A stretch of 64,000 nucleotides of DNA from a virus. Taxonomy: Duplodnaviria > Caudoviricetes. How positions within the stretch are numbered: the stretch's first letter is position 1; each line of letters starts with the position of its first letter. The stretch covers positions 136,761-200,760 of IMG/VR virus record IMGVR_UViG_3300030419_006251. One strand, given 5' to 3'. Made by a program: the position numbers and the translations under genes. The notes under the pieces were generated by a model. The model was not told the DNA's origin. It searched no databases and was given only the letters and a program-made list of their open reading frames with translations. This document shows positions 19,121 through 29,018 of the stretch, one piece after another.

Positions 19121-21140
19121 TTTCCCTCTCTTTCTCCATCATAGTCTTATACTTTGTATAAATTTCCTTTTCTTCTTCCTGTTTCCAGGCAAAATTTTCA
19201 AAATTTGTAGAAATACCCTTTGGATTAAAATAGTATAAGCCTAAAATATCATTAATTTTCTTAAATTCTGCTCCTCCAAAAGTGCAGCGAAGAAAAAACT
19301 CCCAATCACCAGCCGATTTATAGTCGCTATTAAACTCTCCATGTTGTTCGTGTAAAGATTTTCTCCACATTGGATTATTATGAGGCTGATTACCTCTTAA
19401 CATAGCATCTTTTGAAAACTGTTCGAAATTATACCTGCGATCTTGTGAAGTATTGTTATCGAATGTTTCGTTTGGTGCGTTTGTAATATAAGAATCTGCA
19501 TATACGAGATCAATATTTGGATTTGTATATAATTCGCGTGCATGAACTTCTAAGGAATTAGATGCTTTTCTATCATCTAAATTGGCATTAGTTACATATT
19601 CGCCAGTAGCCAATTTTAGAGCCTCATTCCAAGTACCGTATATGCCCGGATCTTCATCTAGCTTTTTATAGATAATGTTGTCGTATTTTTGCATATACTT
19701 TTCAATTACTTCCTCCTCATTCCCGGGAGAATTTGCATTAACCAATATTAATTCACACTTATCGAACACAGTTTGATTAGTCATATCATTTAAGAATGGT
19801 TCGATGAATTCTTCGCCATCATAAACAGAAGTTATGATTGAAATCTTTGGCAATTCATCAGTATCAAATCTAATAATTTCTTGTCCCAATACAGATTCGG
19901 CAAACAATTTGTATTGCCTCTCTTCTGTGAAGGTTTTCATAATATGTTTGTATAGCTTGTTTGCCATTCCAACATATTTGGTATAATCTTTCTTTACATT
20001 TCGTATAGTAGACTTATAACTTTTTTCAATTGGATAACACCACATAGAATCGGGCTGCACAACTCCATCCCATACTGCTTCAGGCTGTACATGGTTTAGA
20101 TTATAATCAACTCTTCCAAATAAGGGTCTAACTCTGCTTTTCTTGGATTTTTTATTAACAACTGGTGCATATAAGAAATCGCAATGTCCGCTCCAGGCCG
20201 GGGCAATCACTGGCAGCTTATGCTGTGCTGCTTCAAACATAGGCAGGCCGAACCCTTCTCCATGTGCTAAGTTAATGAAGGCCTTAATTTTATCATTCGA
20301 ATATAATCCAGCTAATTCCTCATTTGTCATAGAGCCGTGCAAAAAGTAAATTTTACACTTTCGCTCTCCATAGGGCTCTAAAAGTGCCTTAAGTTTCTTA
20401 GAAGTATAAAAGTGATCAATATTTGAATTTGTTTTCTGGAATGTTTTGACCACTAGGCCGACTTCCTCATCTTTAAACTCCTCAACGAACCACTTAATTG
20501 TATTATCGAGATTTTTTCTAGGACCCCATTGTGACATTGTTAAAAAATTAAAATCATATTCTAAATCTAATTCCAACGGTTCAATATCATGCTGTTTGGT
20601 ACAATAATTTACAGCTGTAACTGGCTTTTCACACTTTATTTTGAGTGGCGCGCCGGTACGACGATCAGTAGCATCATAACTAGTAATATCGAAGCCGGTT
20701 TTTGCAAACTCGGAAACAACAATAATTCTATCCATTAAAAAGCTTTTTTCTACCCATTGTGGAGCTATTTTAGTAGTTTCAATACCAGCAGTATATCCCA
20801 CATCAACAGCAGCGATCTTTTCCCACTCATTAGGAATTGTTACTTGCAACGAAAGATCGAATTGACCACCAGACGAAATATATTCGATAGTCTTGGCTAA
20901 TGTTGCATCAATCCATTTCCTTTCTTCTGAGACATCTGTGATAAATCCAGTGTGGCCCCATGAAATGTTAATCAAATAGATATCAAATATATCTTCATAT
21001 GCCCTAAGAGCGCGTAGAGCGAACCTACATTGCTCGCCATATCCAGAAAGTGACATGGCGGGGCCTTTTACTAAAATCTTCTTCTTGTTCGTCATACTTC
21101 CTCCATTGTCCACGACTGATAATTTTTTCTTGCATCCCAA
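19044..21140 (-). CDS. Two-domain glycosyltransferase (GT4-like + GT2); likely start at 21095
   Basis: N-term SGYGEQ...AHGEGFGLPMFEAA...PVIAPAWSG; C-term ISIITSVY...ELILVN...DPGIYGTWN...NANLDD...GDWEFFLR. Confidence 0.88.
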   Translation of the reverse strand: MGCKKKLSVVDNGGSMTNKKKILVKGPAMSLSGYGEQCRFALRALRAYEDIFDIYLINISWGHTGFITDVSEERKWIDATLAKTIEYISSGGQFDLSLQVTIPNEWEKIAAVDVGYTAGIETTKIAPQWVEKSFLMDRIIVVSEFAKTGFDITSYDATDRRTGAPLKIKCEKPVTAVNYCTKQHDIEPLELDLEYDFNFLTMSQWGPRKNLDNTIKWFVEEFKDEEVGLVVKTFQKTNSNIDHFYTSKKLKALLEPYGERKCKIYFLHGSMTNEELAGLYSNDKIKAFINLAHGEGFGLPMFEAAQHKLPVIAPAWSGHCDFLYAPVVNKKSKKSRVRPLFGRVDYNLNHVQPEAVWDGVVQPDSMWCYPIEKSYKSTIRNVKKDYTKYVGMANKLYKHIMKTFTEERQYKLFAESVLGQEIIRFDTDELPKISIITSVYDGEEFIEPFLNDMTNQTVFDKCELILVNANSPGNEEEVIEKYMQKYDNIIYKKLDEDPGIYGTWNEALKLATGEYVTNANLDDRKASNSLEVHARELYTNPNIDLVYADSYITNAPNETFDNNTSQDRRYNFEQFSKDAMLRGNQPHNNPMWRKSLHEQHGEFNSDYKSAGDWEFFLRCTFGGAEFKKINDILGLYYFNPKGISTNFENFAWKQEEEKEIYTKYKTMMEKERENAEEGAFVQSVQSKNSTTTQNTRQT

Positions 21141-22363
21141 GAACCATGAGTATTAATAATGTGCGTCATTACCTCATCCCATTTCTTTGTATAAGAATCA
21201 AATGAATAATTCTTTAAAACATGTTTTCGACCTTTAGCTCCCATTTTTTTCCTTTCTTCGCGAGTCATGTGGTACATTTTCTTCAAGGCATTAATAAAAT
21301 CGTCCTTGCTAATTCTATCTTCATAGATATACGGTACATCCTGAGAGCCTATAATTGCCTTAGAAGAAGGCTCTATCCCTACTCCGAAATATTCCTTACC
21401 GTCTGTAACTTGTTCTTGCAATCCTCCAGTCATGTTTACAATTACTGGGGTTCCGCAACTTAAAGATTCCAATGTTGATAACCCAAATCCTTCCGCATCT
21501 GAAATATTGATCGTACAGTCCGCCACATTATAAATCATTGCCAATTCTTTCAAATCAACCTTATTGACAGAAAGTAGCACTTGACCGTCGGTAATATCTA
21601 ATTCTTCCAATATGGCCTCTAAGTCTTGCCCATGCGGATCTTTAGGTTCTGTGTGCATAATCAAAGTGGCATTATCATGTCCTACTTCGTCTAAAAATTC
21701 TTTAAACCACCAAATTAAAGTTCCGCTCTGCTTTCTTCGAGCGTTTCGATTATTCCAAAAGAAAACTACCTTTTCTTTTCCATTGACAATTAGTTTGTCA
21801 TGTTTTTCTTTATATTCTTGTACCACTTGCTCAGATAATGGGCAATATGCAGATGACGGAACAGCGTGTGGAACATGGATACACTCAACATCAGGAGATA
21901 CTGTTCTAACAATATCATCAGTAACTTTGGAAATTGTGCACACAACATCATTAGAATCATAAAATTTCTTATTAAATGTCGGATAAGGATAATTATCCCA
22001 CACATGATAGTACACCATTGGAACATGTGGACGAATTTCGTTTTCTATCATCCAAAGCCAAGTCCAAAACCTAGGATCAGTCATAAACCAGACAACATCT
22101 GGCCTCTCGTTGATTACTATAGAGCGCACCTGATCTTCAGTGCCATATCCATCGACCGGATATATGATCCAATCTTCGCCATATTCTTCAGTATATACTG
22201 GATTATGATTTTCGTGCCTGATGGCGCCGCCAAGCGAAATAACTTTGTATTTGCCAGTATCAAGCAAGCCCTCGATCATAAATCTAGTCTGTGTGCCCAC
22301 ACCCGAGGGAGAGAGTGGATGGTCTGATAGTGTTAGTATTAGTGTTTTTTTGTCTTCTGTCAT
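21092..22363 (-). CDS. GT4-like glycosyltransferase
   Basis: SDHPLSPSGVG; NNRNARRK; ISDAEGFGLSTLESLSCGTPVI. Confidence 0.88.
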   Translation of the reverse strand: MTEDKKTLILTLSDHPLSPSGVGTQTRFMIEGLLDTGKYKVISLGGAIRHENHNPVYTEEYGEDWIIYPVDGYGTEDQVRSIVINERPDVVWFMTDPRFWTWLWMIENEIRPHVPMVYYHVWDNYPYPTFNKKFYDSNDVVCTISKVTDDIVRTVSPDVECIHVPHAVPSSAYCPLSEQVVQEYKEKHDKLIVNGKEKVVFFWNNRNARRKQSGTLIWWFKEFLDEVGHDNATLIMHTEPKDPHGQDLEAILEELDITDGQVLLSVNKVDLKELAMIYNVADCTINISDAEGFGLSTLESLSCGTPVIVNMTGGLQEQVTDGKEYFGVGIEPSSKAIIGSQDVPYIYEDRISKDDFINALKKMYHMTREERKKMGAKGRKHVLKNYSFDSYTKKWDEVMTHIINTHGSWDARKNYQSWTMEEV

Positions 22364-22374
22364 TTTATTCCTTT

Positions 22375-23154
22375 TTACGGACAGTGTTCTGTTTTATAAA
22401 AATCGCAACCATATCCGCTAGTACACGAAAGGCGATTTTTTATGCATGAGCCCTTTTTTATATTGTGCAATGCTTTTTTCAACAACTCAAGTGCATTATT
22501 TGTTTTCTTATTTCCGCTTGAAACTTTAAAGAATTCGACGCGTTCATTTTTTGCTGTTCTTTTTAAAAGAGCAAAATGAGTATCTACAATTGCTGGATCT
22601 ATATCGTGCTTTTTACACCAATAGTATTTATACAATGTAAGTTGGTATGTTGTCATTGGCTCTGTTCGCCGGCGGAAATTCCATCCCCATGAACAAGTTT
22701 TCCAATCTACTATATGATATCTTCCATCGTTTGTTTTTAAAACAGCATCGATAAAACCTTTAAACTTATAATCTTTAAAATCCTCTATCTCTTCGTAAAG
22801 TTGTTCTTCAGTCGAAGCAACCTCAAATTCACCAAAATAATTATTTAATGCTTCTTCGACTTCCGGAAGTATAGCCAAGCCTTGTCCCACCATTTGATCA
22901 ACAAGTCGGCGATCCACAGACACACCGTCTCCGAGAGCAGCAATGTGATTAGAAAAACTATCAATAAAAACTCTTGCATCGTCAATATTCTCCTTTAATA
23001 GTTTCTTTTCACAAACATCATGAATTGCTGTTCCAAAAGCAGTAAATTCATTACCCTTAAAGCCGTCAATCTTGTCAATATGTACCAACTTGTGATAAAA
23101 AGAACAAAAATTCCAGTTCTTTAATTCCGAATAGGAAATGTGTGACATTTTCAC
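22375..23154 (-). CDS. PD-(D/E)XK nuclease (Cas4/RecB-like exonuclease)
   Basis: SHISYS, FGTAIH, FKGFIDAV, IVDWKT, YQLTLY, C-terminal Cys cluster. Confidence 0.85.
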   Translation of the reverse strand: MKMSHISYSELKNWNFCSFYHKLVHIDKIDGFKGNEFTAFGTAIHDVCEKKLLKENIDDARVFIDSFSNHIAALGDGVSVDRRLVDQMVGQGLAILPEVEEALNNYFGEFEVASTEEQLYEEIEDFKDYKFKGFIDAVLKTNDGRYHIVDWKTCSWGWNFRRRTEPMTTYQLTLYKYYWCKKHDIDPAIVDTHFALLKRTAKNERVEFFKVSSGNKKTNNALELLKKALHNIKKGSCIKNRLSCTSGYGCDFYKTEHCP

Positions 23155-23483
23155 TCCACAGCTTTAGTTGTTGTTTTTTTTCTTGATGAGCGACGACTTT
23201 TCTTCGGTGGCTCTTTTTCTTCTGGCGGTGGTGCTGACGCGTCTAAATCAACAAAAACCCATGTACCGGCAACTGCAGCTGCTGCATTATTAATTGTACA
23301 ACTTTCTGTAACTACTTCTCCTGGATTTAGTCCCTTTTCGAGTAAGAGCGCTCTTGCGTTTCTAGTTGCAATTTTTTTCCAGGGCACACTACGAGTAGTG
23401 TGATCGGAATATTGTTGTTCAAGGCGTATAGTAATCGATAGCGTACCACTTTCCTGTTTAATTTCTTGCTTCATATAACTCAT
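23151..23483 (-). CDS. Hypothetical protein
   Basis: 110 aa ORF, basic tail. Confidence 0.55.
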   Translation of the reverse strand: MSYMKQEIKQESGTLSITIRLEQQYSDHTTRSVPWKKIATRNARALLLEKGLNPGEVVTESCTINNAAAAVAGTWVFVDLDASAPPPEEKEPPKKSRRSSRKKTTTKAVE

Positions 23484-24212
23484 TTATTTCTCCATAATTA
23501 TCTGTTCAATTTTTTGATATATAGAAGGACTCATCTGTCTCAAACTCTCACGGTCGCCCGTCGGCATAAAGTACTCTTCAAAACCAGTTGCAAAATATTC
23601 TCTAAGAGAAGTTAAACCATATGGCGAAACTACTAATCCCATTGTTAAGAATATTAATTTTTCATATCCAATTTCTCGATATAGAAACATATCAAATTCT
23701 TCATCGTAAGATACATTTAAAAATGTATTTAAATCTACTTCATATCCATGAGATTTTAGAATATCATAAAAATGGCGCCTTTTAAGCAAAAACTCATTTT
23801 CAATTAGATCATCTGAATATAGCTCTAATCCGTATCTATCTTCTAAAGCATGTGCAAATTCATGTACAATATCATCCATCATATCATGTTGCGATGACTG
23901 TTCGTTTGTTACATATATAGAATCGTCCATATAAAGAGACTGGATCTCTCGTCTTTCCAATTCTTCAAACTGGCCTACTAGAATCATTTCAATTCCGGCC
24001 TCTCTTATTAAGTTCTCAGGAATAAATTCCGTGATCTTTTGCAAAATTTCTATTAAATCTACATTATCCGGTAATGGATTTCTTATATAGATTTGAATAG
24101 AATTAAATAAGAAATAGTCTTTTTCCGGATGGTGTGCGCCGGGAGGCGCATTAAGGCTGTCGTTGGTTGCCCTTATATAATCAGTTAACCTATTCCTGTT
24201 CCCGTTCTGCAT
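23484..24212 (-). CDS. Putative zinc metallopeptidase-like protein
   Basis: IVHEFAHALE (HExxH) plus downstream SLREYFATGFEEYF. Confidence 0.65.
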   Translation of the reverse strand: MQNGNRNRLTDYIRATNDSLNAPPGAHHPEKDYFLFNSIQIYIRNPLPDNVDLIEILQKITEFIPENLIREAGIEMILVGQFEELERREIQSLYMDDSIYVTNEQSSQHDMMDDIVHEFAHALEDRYGLELYSDDLIENEFLLKRRHFYDILKSHGYEVDLNTFLNVSYDEEFDMFLYREIGYEKLIFLTMGLVVSPYGLTSLREYFATGFEEYFMPTGDRESLRQMSPSIYQKIEQIIMEK

Positions 24213-24543
24213 TTTCTGCTTGTTCCGCCTTTTGTTGCTCGCGACGAGCTACTTGTTCTCGAATGGCTTTTGTTCCCTCTTCTACATCAATCATAGCTTG
24301 ATAATATCCACGAATCCAGTTTTCTTCAGCAATTACCATTAAAAATTCAGGAAATTCTTCTGCTACTGTTTCTACAATCATTTCAACAGTAACATCGCCA
24401 TCATTGGGTTCTTGTTGGGAACCAACATAATTAACCAACCACTTTTTTAATTCGGTGTCAGTATCAACAGTCGAAGCTAGCGTCGGGTTTACAACGGCAT
24501 CCTTTTCTTTTATCACCTTAGTATCGGTGTTATCTTCACTCAT
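24190..24543 (-). CDS. Hypothetical protein
   Basis: 117 aa ORF downstream of a sigma70-like promoter, with AGGAG SD. Confidence 0.65.
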   Translation of the reverse strand: MSEDNTDTKVIKEKDAVVNPTLASTVDTDTELKKWLVNYVGSQQEPNDGDVTVEMIVETVAEEFPEFLMVIAEENWIRGYYQAMIDVEEGTKAIREQVARREQQKAEQAENAEREQE

Positions 24544-24561
24544 TTTTTACTCCTTGTATAC

Positions 24562-24590
24562 AGTATAACTAAATTATACAGCTTTGTCAA
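24562..24590 (-). promoter_or_regulatory. Sigma70-type promoter
   Basis: TTGACA-17 bp-TATACT on the minus strand upstream of 24543. Confidence 0.7.
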
Positions 24591-24596
24591 ATTAAT

Positions 24597-25937
24597 TTAT
24601 AATATTTTCGCTGCCAGGGTGGCCACATCTGATCTTTCACCACGCTTTAAAGTAATATGCCCTGTCAAATCATATTCCTTTAACATTTCTACCGCATATG
24701 TAAGGCCGTTTGTTGTAGCGTCAACATATACATTATCGATCTGCTCAATATCGCCCGTAAAGATGATTTTTGTACCATCTCCTACACGAGTTAAAATAGT
24801 TTTAATTTCATGTGCAGTAAGATTTTGTGCCTCATCGATTATAATAAATGCATTTGAAATTGAGCGACCTCGTATATAGGTTAGTGCTTCTATTTCAATT
24901 AGACCTTTTTCCATATACATTTCTAATGTCGATTTAGAATCTCCCATAAGAAATTGTAAGTTATCTTGTATCGGCATTAACCAGGGTGCCATTTTTTCCT
25001 GCATAGTTCCCGGCAAGAAACCGATATCCTTTCCTAGCGGCTGAACCGGTCTAGAAACTATTAATCTTTTATACCTATTCTCTGTCTTTACAGCTTGCTC
25101 GCCAGGAGTATTTAATATTTGCTCTAATCCAGCAGCTATAGCACATAGAGTTTTCCCTGAGCCAGCTTTCCCAATCAGAGACACAACTGGAATGTTCGGA
25201 TCCATCAACAATTCCAAGGCATATACTTGTTCTTTGTTTCTTGGCTTTATACCCCATACTCCATTGCGATTATGTTCCAGTGTGCGCAACGGTTGGTGGG
25301 GGGCTATATATCTGGCCAGAGCTGTCTTTTTATCATTTGCATTAGATATCATCATGATCATTTGGTTTGTATATAGCTCTTTTGTGGCTTCTTCTTCTAG
25401 TGTAATTTTTTCGCCTTCATAATATCGATCAACAATCTGATCATCAACTAATATTTCGGCAAATCCACTGTATATGCTGTCTCCTGACTTAACCAATTGT
25501 TTTGGACTATAGTCTTCACATCCCAAACCAAGAGAATCACATATAACTCTCATATTAATGTCGCGAGTAACAACAAAAACCTTTCTATTTGCTAATCGCG
25601 ATTTTTCAGTTAAAGCAGTCGCAATAATAATATGATCTGCATGGCCTGATTCTAGATCGTGAGGGATGAGGGACTTATCACAAGCCTTAACACTTACTAT
25701 TCCTTTTCCCTTTTCTAATCTAACGCCTTTATTTAAATTTCCCTTTTCTCTTAGGCCATCGAATATTCTAATAATATGGCGCGCATTAACGCCAACACTA
25801 TCTTGCCTTTTTTTATGATTGTCTATCTCTTCCAAGACTTTTAATGGCACAACGATATCGTTATTACCATAGCTATAAATAGCATTTGCATCTGATAGAT
25901 AGACGCTAGTGTCAATGACATATGTTTTTTTAGCCAT
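24597..25937 (-). CDS. phoH: PhoH-family ATPase with N-terminal PIN domain
   Basis: YVIDTSV...VLEEID...ADHII...TRDINMR (PIN); PRNKEQ, GKAGSGKT, SRPVQ..GKDIGFLPG, YIRGRS, IIDEAQN, GDIEQID. Confidence 0.93.
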   Translation of the reverse strand: MAKKTYVIDTSVYLSDANAIYSYGNNDIVVPLKVLEEIDNHKKRQDSVGVNARHIIRIFDGLREKGNLNKGVRLEKGKGIVSVKACDKSLIPHDLESGHADHIIIATALTEKSRLANRKVFVVTRDINMRVICDSLGLGCEDYSPKQLVKSGDSIYSGFAEILVDDQIVDRYYEGEKITLEEEATKELYTNQMIMMISNANDKKTALARYIAPHQPLRTLEHNRNGVWGIKPRNKEQVYALELLMDPNIPVVSLIGKAGSGKTLCAIAAGLEQILNTPGEQAVKTENRYKRLIVSRPVQPLGKDIGFLPGTMQEKMAPWLMPIQDNLQFLMGDSKSTLEMYMEKGLIEIEALTYIRGRSISNAFIIIDEAQNLTAHEIKTILTRVGDGTKIIFTGDIEQIDNVYVDATTNGLTYAVEMLKEYDLTGHITLKRGERSDVATLAAKIL

Positions 25938-25988
25938 ATTTTTACTTAAAACGCTCTGTATTGTAAATAGTAAAATGTTATTAATTAT

Positions 25989-26231
25989 TCAATTTATTAT
26001 AACATACTTCTTTTCGGTCCAAATAATATTTTTTTGACCTATCACCTTAAAGGCTGTTAGATTGCCTCCACCAATCCAGTTTAATTGTTGCACTTTGACA
26101 TCTTCAGTTAAAATAGTACATTCATTAAGCGTTGGATAATAAAAATTATTATGTCCCCTTTCCGAACGACATATACTTGTTCCTTTTGGAATTATGGTAT
26201 CTTTTTTGCTCATATCTTCTCCTTTTATCAA
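25989..26231 (-). CDS. Hypothetical protein
   Basis: 80 aa ORF; GGAG SD precedes an internal Met. Confidence 0.5.
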   Translation of the reverse strand: MIKGEDMSKKDTIIPKGTSICRSERGHNNFYYPTLNECTILTEDVKVQQLNWIGGGNLTAFKVIGQKNIIWTEKKYVIIN

Positions 26232-26237
26232 TTTAAA

Positions 26238-26486
26238 TTATTGTGGTAACACCCAAATATCTTGACCGCTTGAGCTAGTACACACACATTTCCCACTGGT
26301 GACAGAACTCATGTGCGAACCGGTTTTATTGCATGAAGCTTCGCAACTTGCTATAGTTTCGGCATCAAGCTTGCAATTAGACAAATACATGCCAGAAAGT
26401 ATAGTACAGCATACAACAAATACTACTTTAACAATAGTAGAAGCTCCAGCTTGGATTAAATATTTATCGGAGTCTTGTTCATTCAT
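26238..26486 (-). CDS. Small Cys-rich membrane protein
   Basis: Hydrophobic segment followed by several Cys. Confidence 0.5.
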   Translation of the reverse strand: MNEQDSDKYLIQAGASTIVKVVFVVCCTILSGMYLSNCKLDAETIASCEASCNKTGSHMSSVTSGKCVCTSSSGQDIWVLPQ

Positions 26487-26497
26487 TTTTTTGTCTC

Positions 26498-26574
26498 TGG
26501 AGCCATCTTTCGGATTCGAACCGAAGACCTGATGCTTACAAGGCAGCTGCTCTGACCAACTGAGCTAAGATGGC
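26498..26574 (-). tRNA. tRNA-Thr(TGT)
   Basis: GCCATCT acceptor, TAGCTCAG, anticodon loop CTTGTAA, GGTTCGAATCC, encoded CCA. Confidence 0.93.
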
Positions 26575-26679
26575 AAACCCGGTTTTCGTCGCGAACTAGG
26601 ATAACCGGAAACCCCTGCCTGCGTGTGGGTCGGGCAGCCCCCTACCGTTATTATTTTCCGACGATACAGCGGAAATAGA

Positions 26680-26868
26680 TTATGATGGCATCTGATTTTC
26701 GCCACTTTCATCATCAACTATAACGCCCCCTTGTTTTAGCGCTGTTATAAGTGTTATTAATACATCTTCATAATATTGAATTCGTTGCTCTAAAGTTTCT
26801 ACTGCTTGTTGAGTTAATTGCATTTGCCTTGTCAAGCCTTCAACATGATCTTCCCACAAATTTCTCAC
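26680..26868 (-). CDS. Small coiled-coil protein
   Basis: 62 aa ORF with GAGG SD. Confidence 0.55.
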   Translation of the reverse strand: MRNLWEDHVEGLTRQMQLTQQAVETLEQRIQYYEDVLITLITALKQGGVIVDDESGENQMPS

Positions 26869-26878
26869 CTACTTCTCC

Positions 26879-27454
26879 TCAAGGTAACGAATACCATCCT
26901 TGTTCATCCCAACTAGTTTCTGCTTTTTCAAAATTTTGCAAAAATCTTTCATATTGTCTAACAGCCTCAAATAATATTATATTAGCAGTTTGAGAAGTAT
27001 TTAAACAATATCCAACTCCAGGCATTGGAATGTATATCTTTTCACTATTTTTAAGAAGTTCCACTGGTATACCTAATTCTTCGTTACCCACGACCAAAGC
27101 CAAAGGCTTACTAAAATCGAAATTATAAGAAGTAATGGGCTGCGCACCTTCACAAATCTCTGCAGATATAAGTCTAATCTCGTTGCTTCTAATATAATCG
27201 AGAAAAGCCACTGGCGAGCTATGCTTTTCAATCTTGACATAATCATATAGACTTCCGGAAGACGGCTCCAAGATAGAACGCGGCGGCACAGAACCTATTA
27301 CATGGATACATTCAGCGCCGAAACAAGCAGCGGCTCTAATAAGATAACCAAGATTACCATCGCACTGAAAATTAACGCACACGAGGCTAATAGGAAAAAC
27401 TTTAGCATGTCTCGTTTTTTCATCGTACCTCTCCCTTCTTGTTTTGTCTCGCAT
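26879..27454 (-). CDS. SpoU/TrmH-family RNA 2'-O-methyltransferase
   Basis: GNLGYLIRAA..FG; ALVVGNEELGI; IPMPGVGYCLNTSQTANI. Confidence 0.9.
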   Translation of the reverse strand: MRDKTRRERYDEKTRHAKVFPISLVCVNFQCDGNLGYLIRAAACFGAECIHVIGSVPPRSILEPSSGSLYDYVKIEKHSSPVAFLDYIRSNEIRLISAEICEGAQPITSYNFDFSKPLALVVGNEELGIPVELLKNSEKIYIPMPGVGYCLNTSQTANIILFEAVRQYERFLQNFEKAETSWDEQGWYSLP

Positions 27455-27969
27455 TATATCACCTGATATTCATGATCGGCACGATATTTCACAAACCACT
27501 GTGGTATTTTATCTTTTGGATAACGAATTCTTGGCTTTGAAGCATAAAATTTACGATACGACTCGATAATATCGTCGCTTTGATATTCAATAGGCATAGC
27601 TAACGGTAATTTTGTCAAACTATGGTTGGAAAAAAGCGAGGGTGTATATAATACTTTACATCTATCAAGCACAGCTTGACATTTATGTATCTTATCAAAG
27701 CGCTCAGTATATTCTTCTAATAAAGCTTCCGTATGTTCAATTAAAGCTTCAAAATTTGCAGACGATGACATAACCCACTTAGTGCTTGGATGATACTTGT
27801 GCGTTGAGCGATATGGTGCTACATGTGCTCCGGAGAGTTCATTAATTGCTGTACATAACATTTGACACGATTCTAATATCATTTTAACTACACGATAGTT
27901 GTCTTGAGACTTTGCAGAAGCAACCCAATCTATGTTATTGTTATTGCCTTCTATTGCAAATATATTCAT
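27454..27969 (-). CDS. Pyrimidine-dimer DNA glycosylase/endonuclease V-like family protein
   Basis: MNIF...VKMILESCQML...YRSTHKYHPSTKW...LPLAMP...SYRKFY. Confidence 0.7.
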   Translation of the reverse strand: MNIFAIEGNNNNIDWVASAKSQDNYRVVKMILESCQMLCTAINELSGAHVAPYRSTHKYHPSTKWVMSSSANFEALIEHTEALLEEYTERFDKIHKCQAVLDRCKVLYTPSLFSNHSLTKLPLAMPIEYQSDDIIESYRKFYASKPRIRYPKDKIPQWFVKYRADHEYQVI

Positions 27970-28241
27970 TCTCTCTTCCTTTTTCTTACTATATCGCGTT
28001 CATAAACAAATGTCAAGTCTTTTTCAGGCTCCGTAAAGGGAATATTCCACTGTTTTTTCAAAATATCTATCTCATTTTGATATACAGGTGTAGCCTCCCA
28101 TCCACTATATCCCGGCCAATCCATCGAATTTCCCATGCTAGCTAACACAACTATTCGTTTAAGTAACCTTACATGAATAAGAGGAATGACCGTTCCAGCA
28201 GAAGAGCGCACAACAACAATATCGCCTTCTTTATAGTTCAT
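27966..28241 (-). CDS. Hypothetical protein (SH3-like N-terminus)
   Basis: YKEGDIVVVR start pattern. Confidence 0.5.
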   Translation of the reverse strand: MNYKEGDIVVVRSSAGTVIPLIHVRLLKRIVVLASMGNSMDWPGYSGWEATPVYQNEIDILKKQWNIPFTEPEKDLTFVYERDIVRKRKRE

Positions 28242-28283
28242 AATAAAATAGTCTCTACAATATATAGAGATTAGCTATTACTT

Positions 28284-28484
28284 CTATACACCAGGAACCA
28301 TATTTGCACGAACATTTTTAGAAACATGCTTCATATCACTAGCAACCTTAGTCTTAAAAGACTCTAGTTCTTGCTTTGTGCTATGTAACTCGTCAACCAA
28401 TGTGCTTACTCGATTTTGTAATCTTGTAAGTTCCTGTTGCTGCCGTTCAAGCAGGCCAGTAACTTCTTTAATTGTTGTAGCCAT
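28284..28484 (-). CDS. Small coiled-coil protein
   Basis: Heptad-rich 66 aa ORF with AGGAG SD. Confidence 0.6.
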   Translation of the reverse strand: MATTIKEVTGLLERQQQELTRLQNRVSTLVDELHSTKQELESFKTKVASDMKHVSKNVRANMVPGV

Positions 28485-28498
28485 TATTATCTCCTTTT

Positions 28499-28975
28499 TT
28501 ATTGTTTTAAATCAAACAAATCAATTTGTTTGATAGTTTGTTTTTGATTATTCACCAAATCACTACTACTTTGAATTTTGCCGCCCCCAATATTCCACAA
28601 CATTTGAATATCTAATTCCTTACATACCTGTACTTCTGGGGTATTATCGGATTTACGATCTCCACCGTTTGCAAAATAGTCTGGGTTTACTCTCTTTAAA
28701 GCCTCACACACGGTACCATCCCTATCATCAACCGAAACAACAGACATAACACCATTTATAGCTTCTATGATTTCACAGCGCTCTTCCCACGGCATAAAAA
28801 CATAACCTTTTTTTCTTAGAAGCCAATCATCGCTGTTCAATACAACATATAAGCCATCGCCGTATTGAGCGGCTTCCTGAATCATTCTAACATGTCCAAC
28901 ATGGATTGGATCGAATCCGCCGGATATCATCACATATTTTCTTTTTTTCATAAAATCTCCATAATGATGCGCCAA
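28499..28975 (-). CDS. Cytidylyltransferase-family (HIGH) nucleotidyltransferase
   Basis: ISGGFDPIHVGH, LNSDDWL.RKKG, FANGGDR, IQSSS. Confidence 0.88.
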   Translation of the reverse strand: MAHHYGDFMKKRKYVMISGGFDPIHVGHVRMIQEAAQYGDGLYVVLNSDDWLLRKKGYVFMPWEERCEIIEAINGVMSVVSVDDRDGTVCEALKRVNPDYFANGGDRKSDNTPEVQVCKELDIQMLWNIGGGKIQSSSDLVNNQKQTIKQIDLFDLKQ

Positions 28976-29018
28976 GTCATTTTCTCCTTAATATTCTATA
29001 TATTTTCTTACACATATA

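Noticed and set aside
3962-22363. NCLDV (giant eukaryotic virus) or bacterial LPS locus origin
   Set aside because: SD sites, ATGA overlaps, tmRNA, sigma70 promoters and flanking phage-type genes (gp5-like, gp55-like, PhoH) indicate a bacteriophage; no wzx/wzy or housekeeping context.
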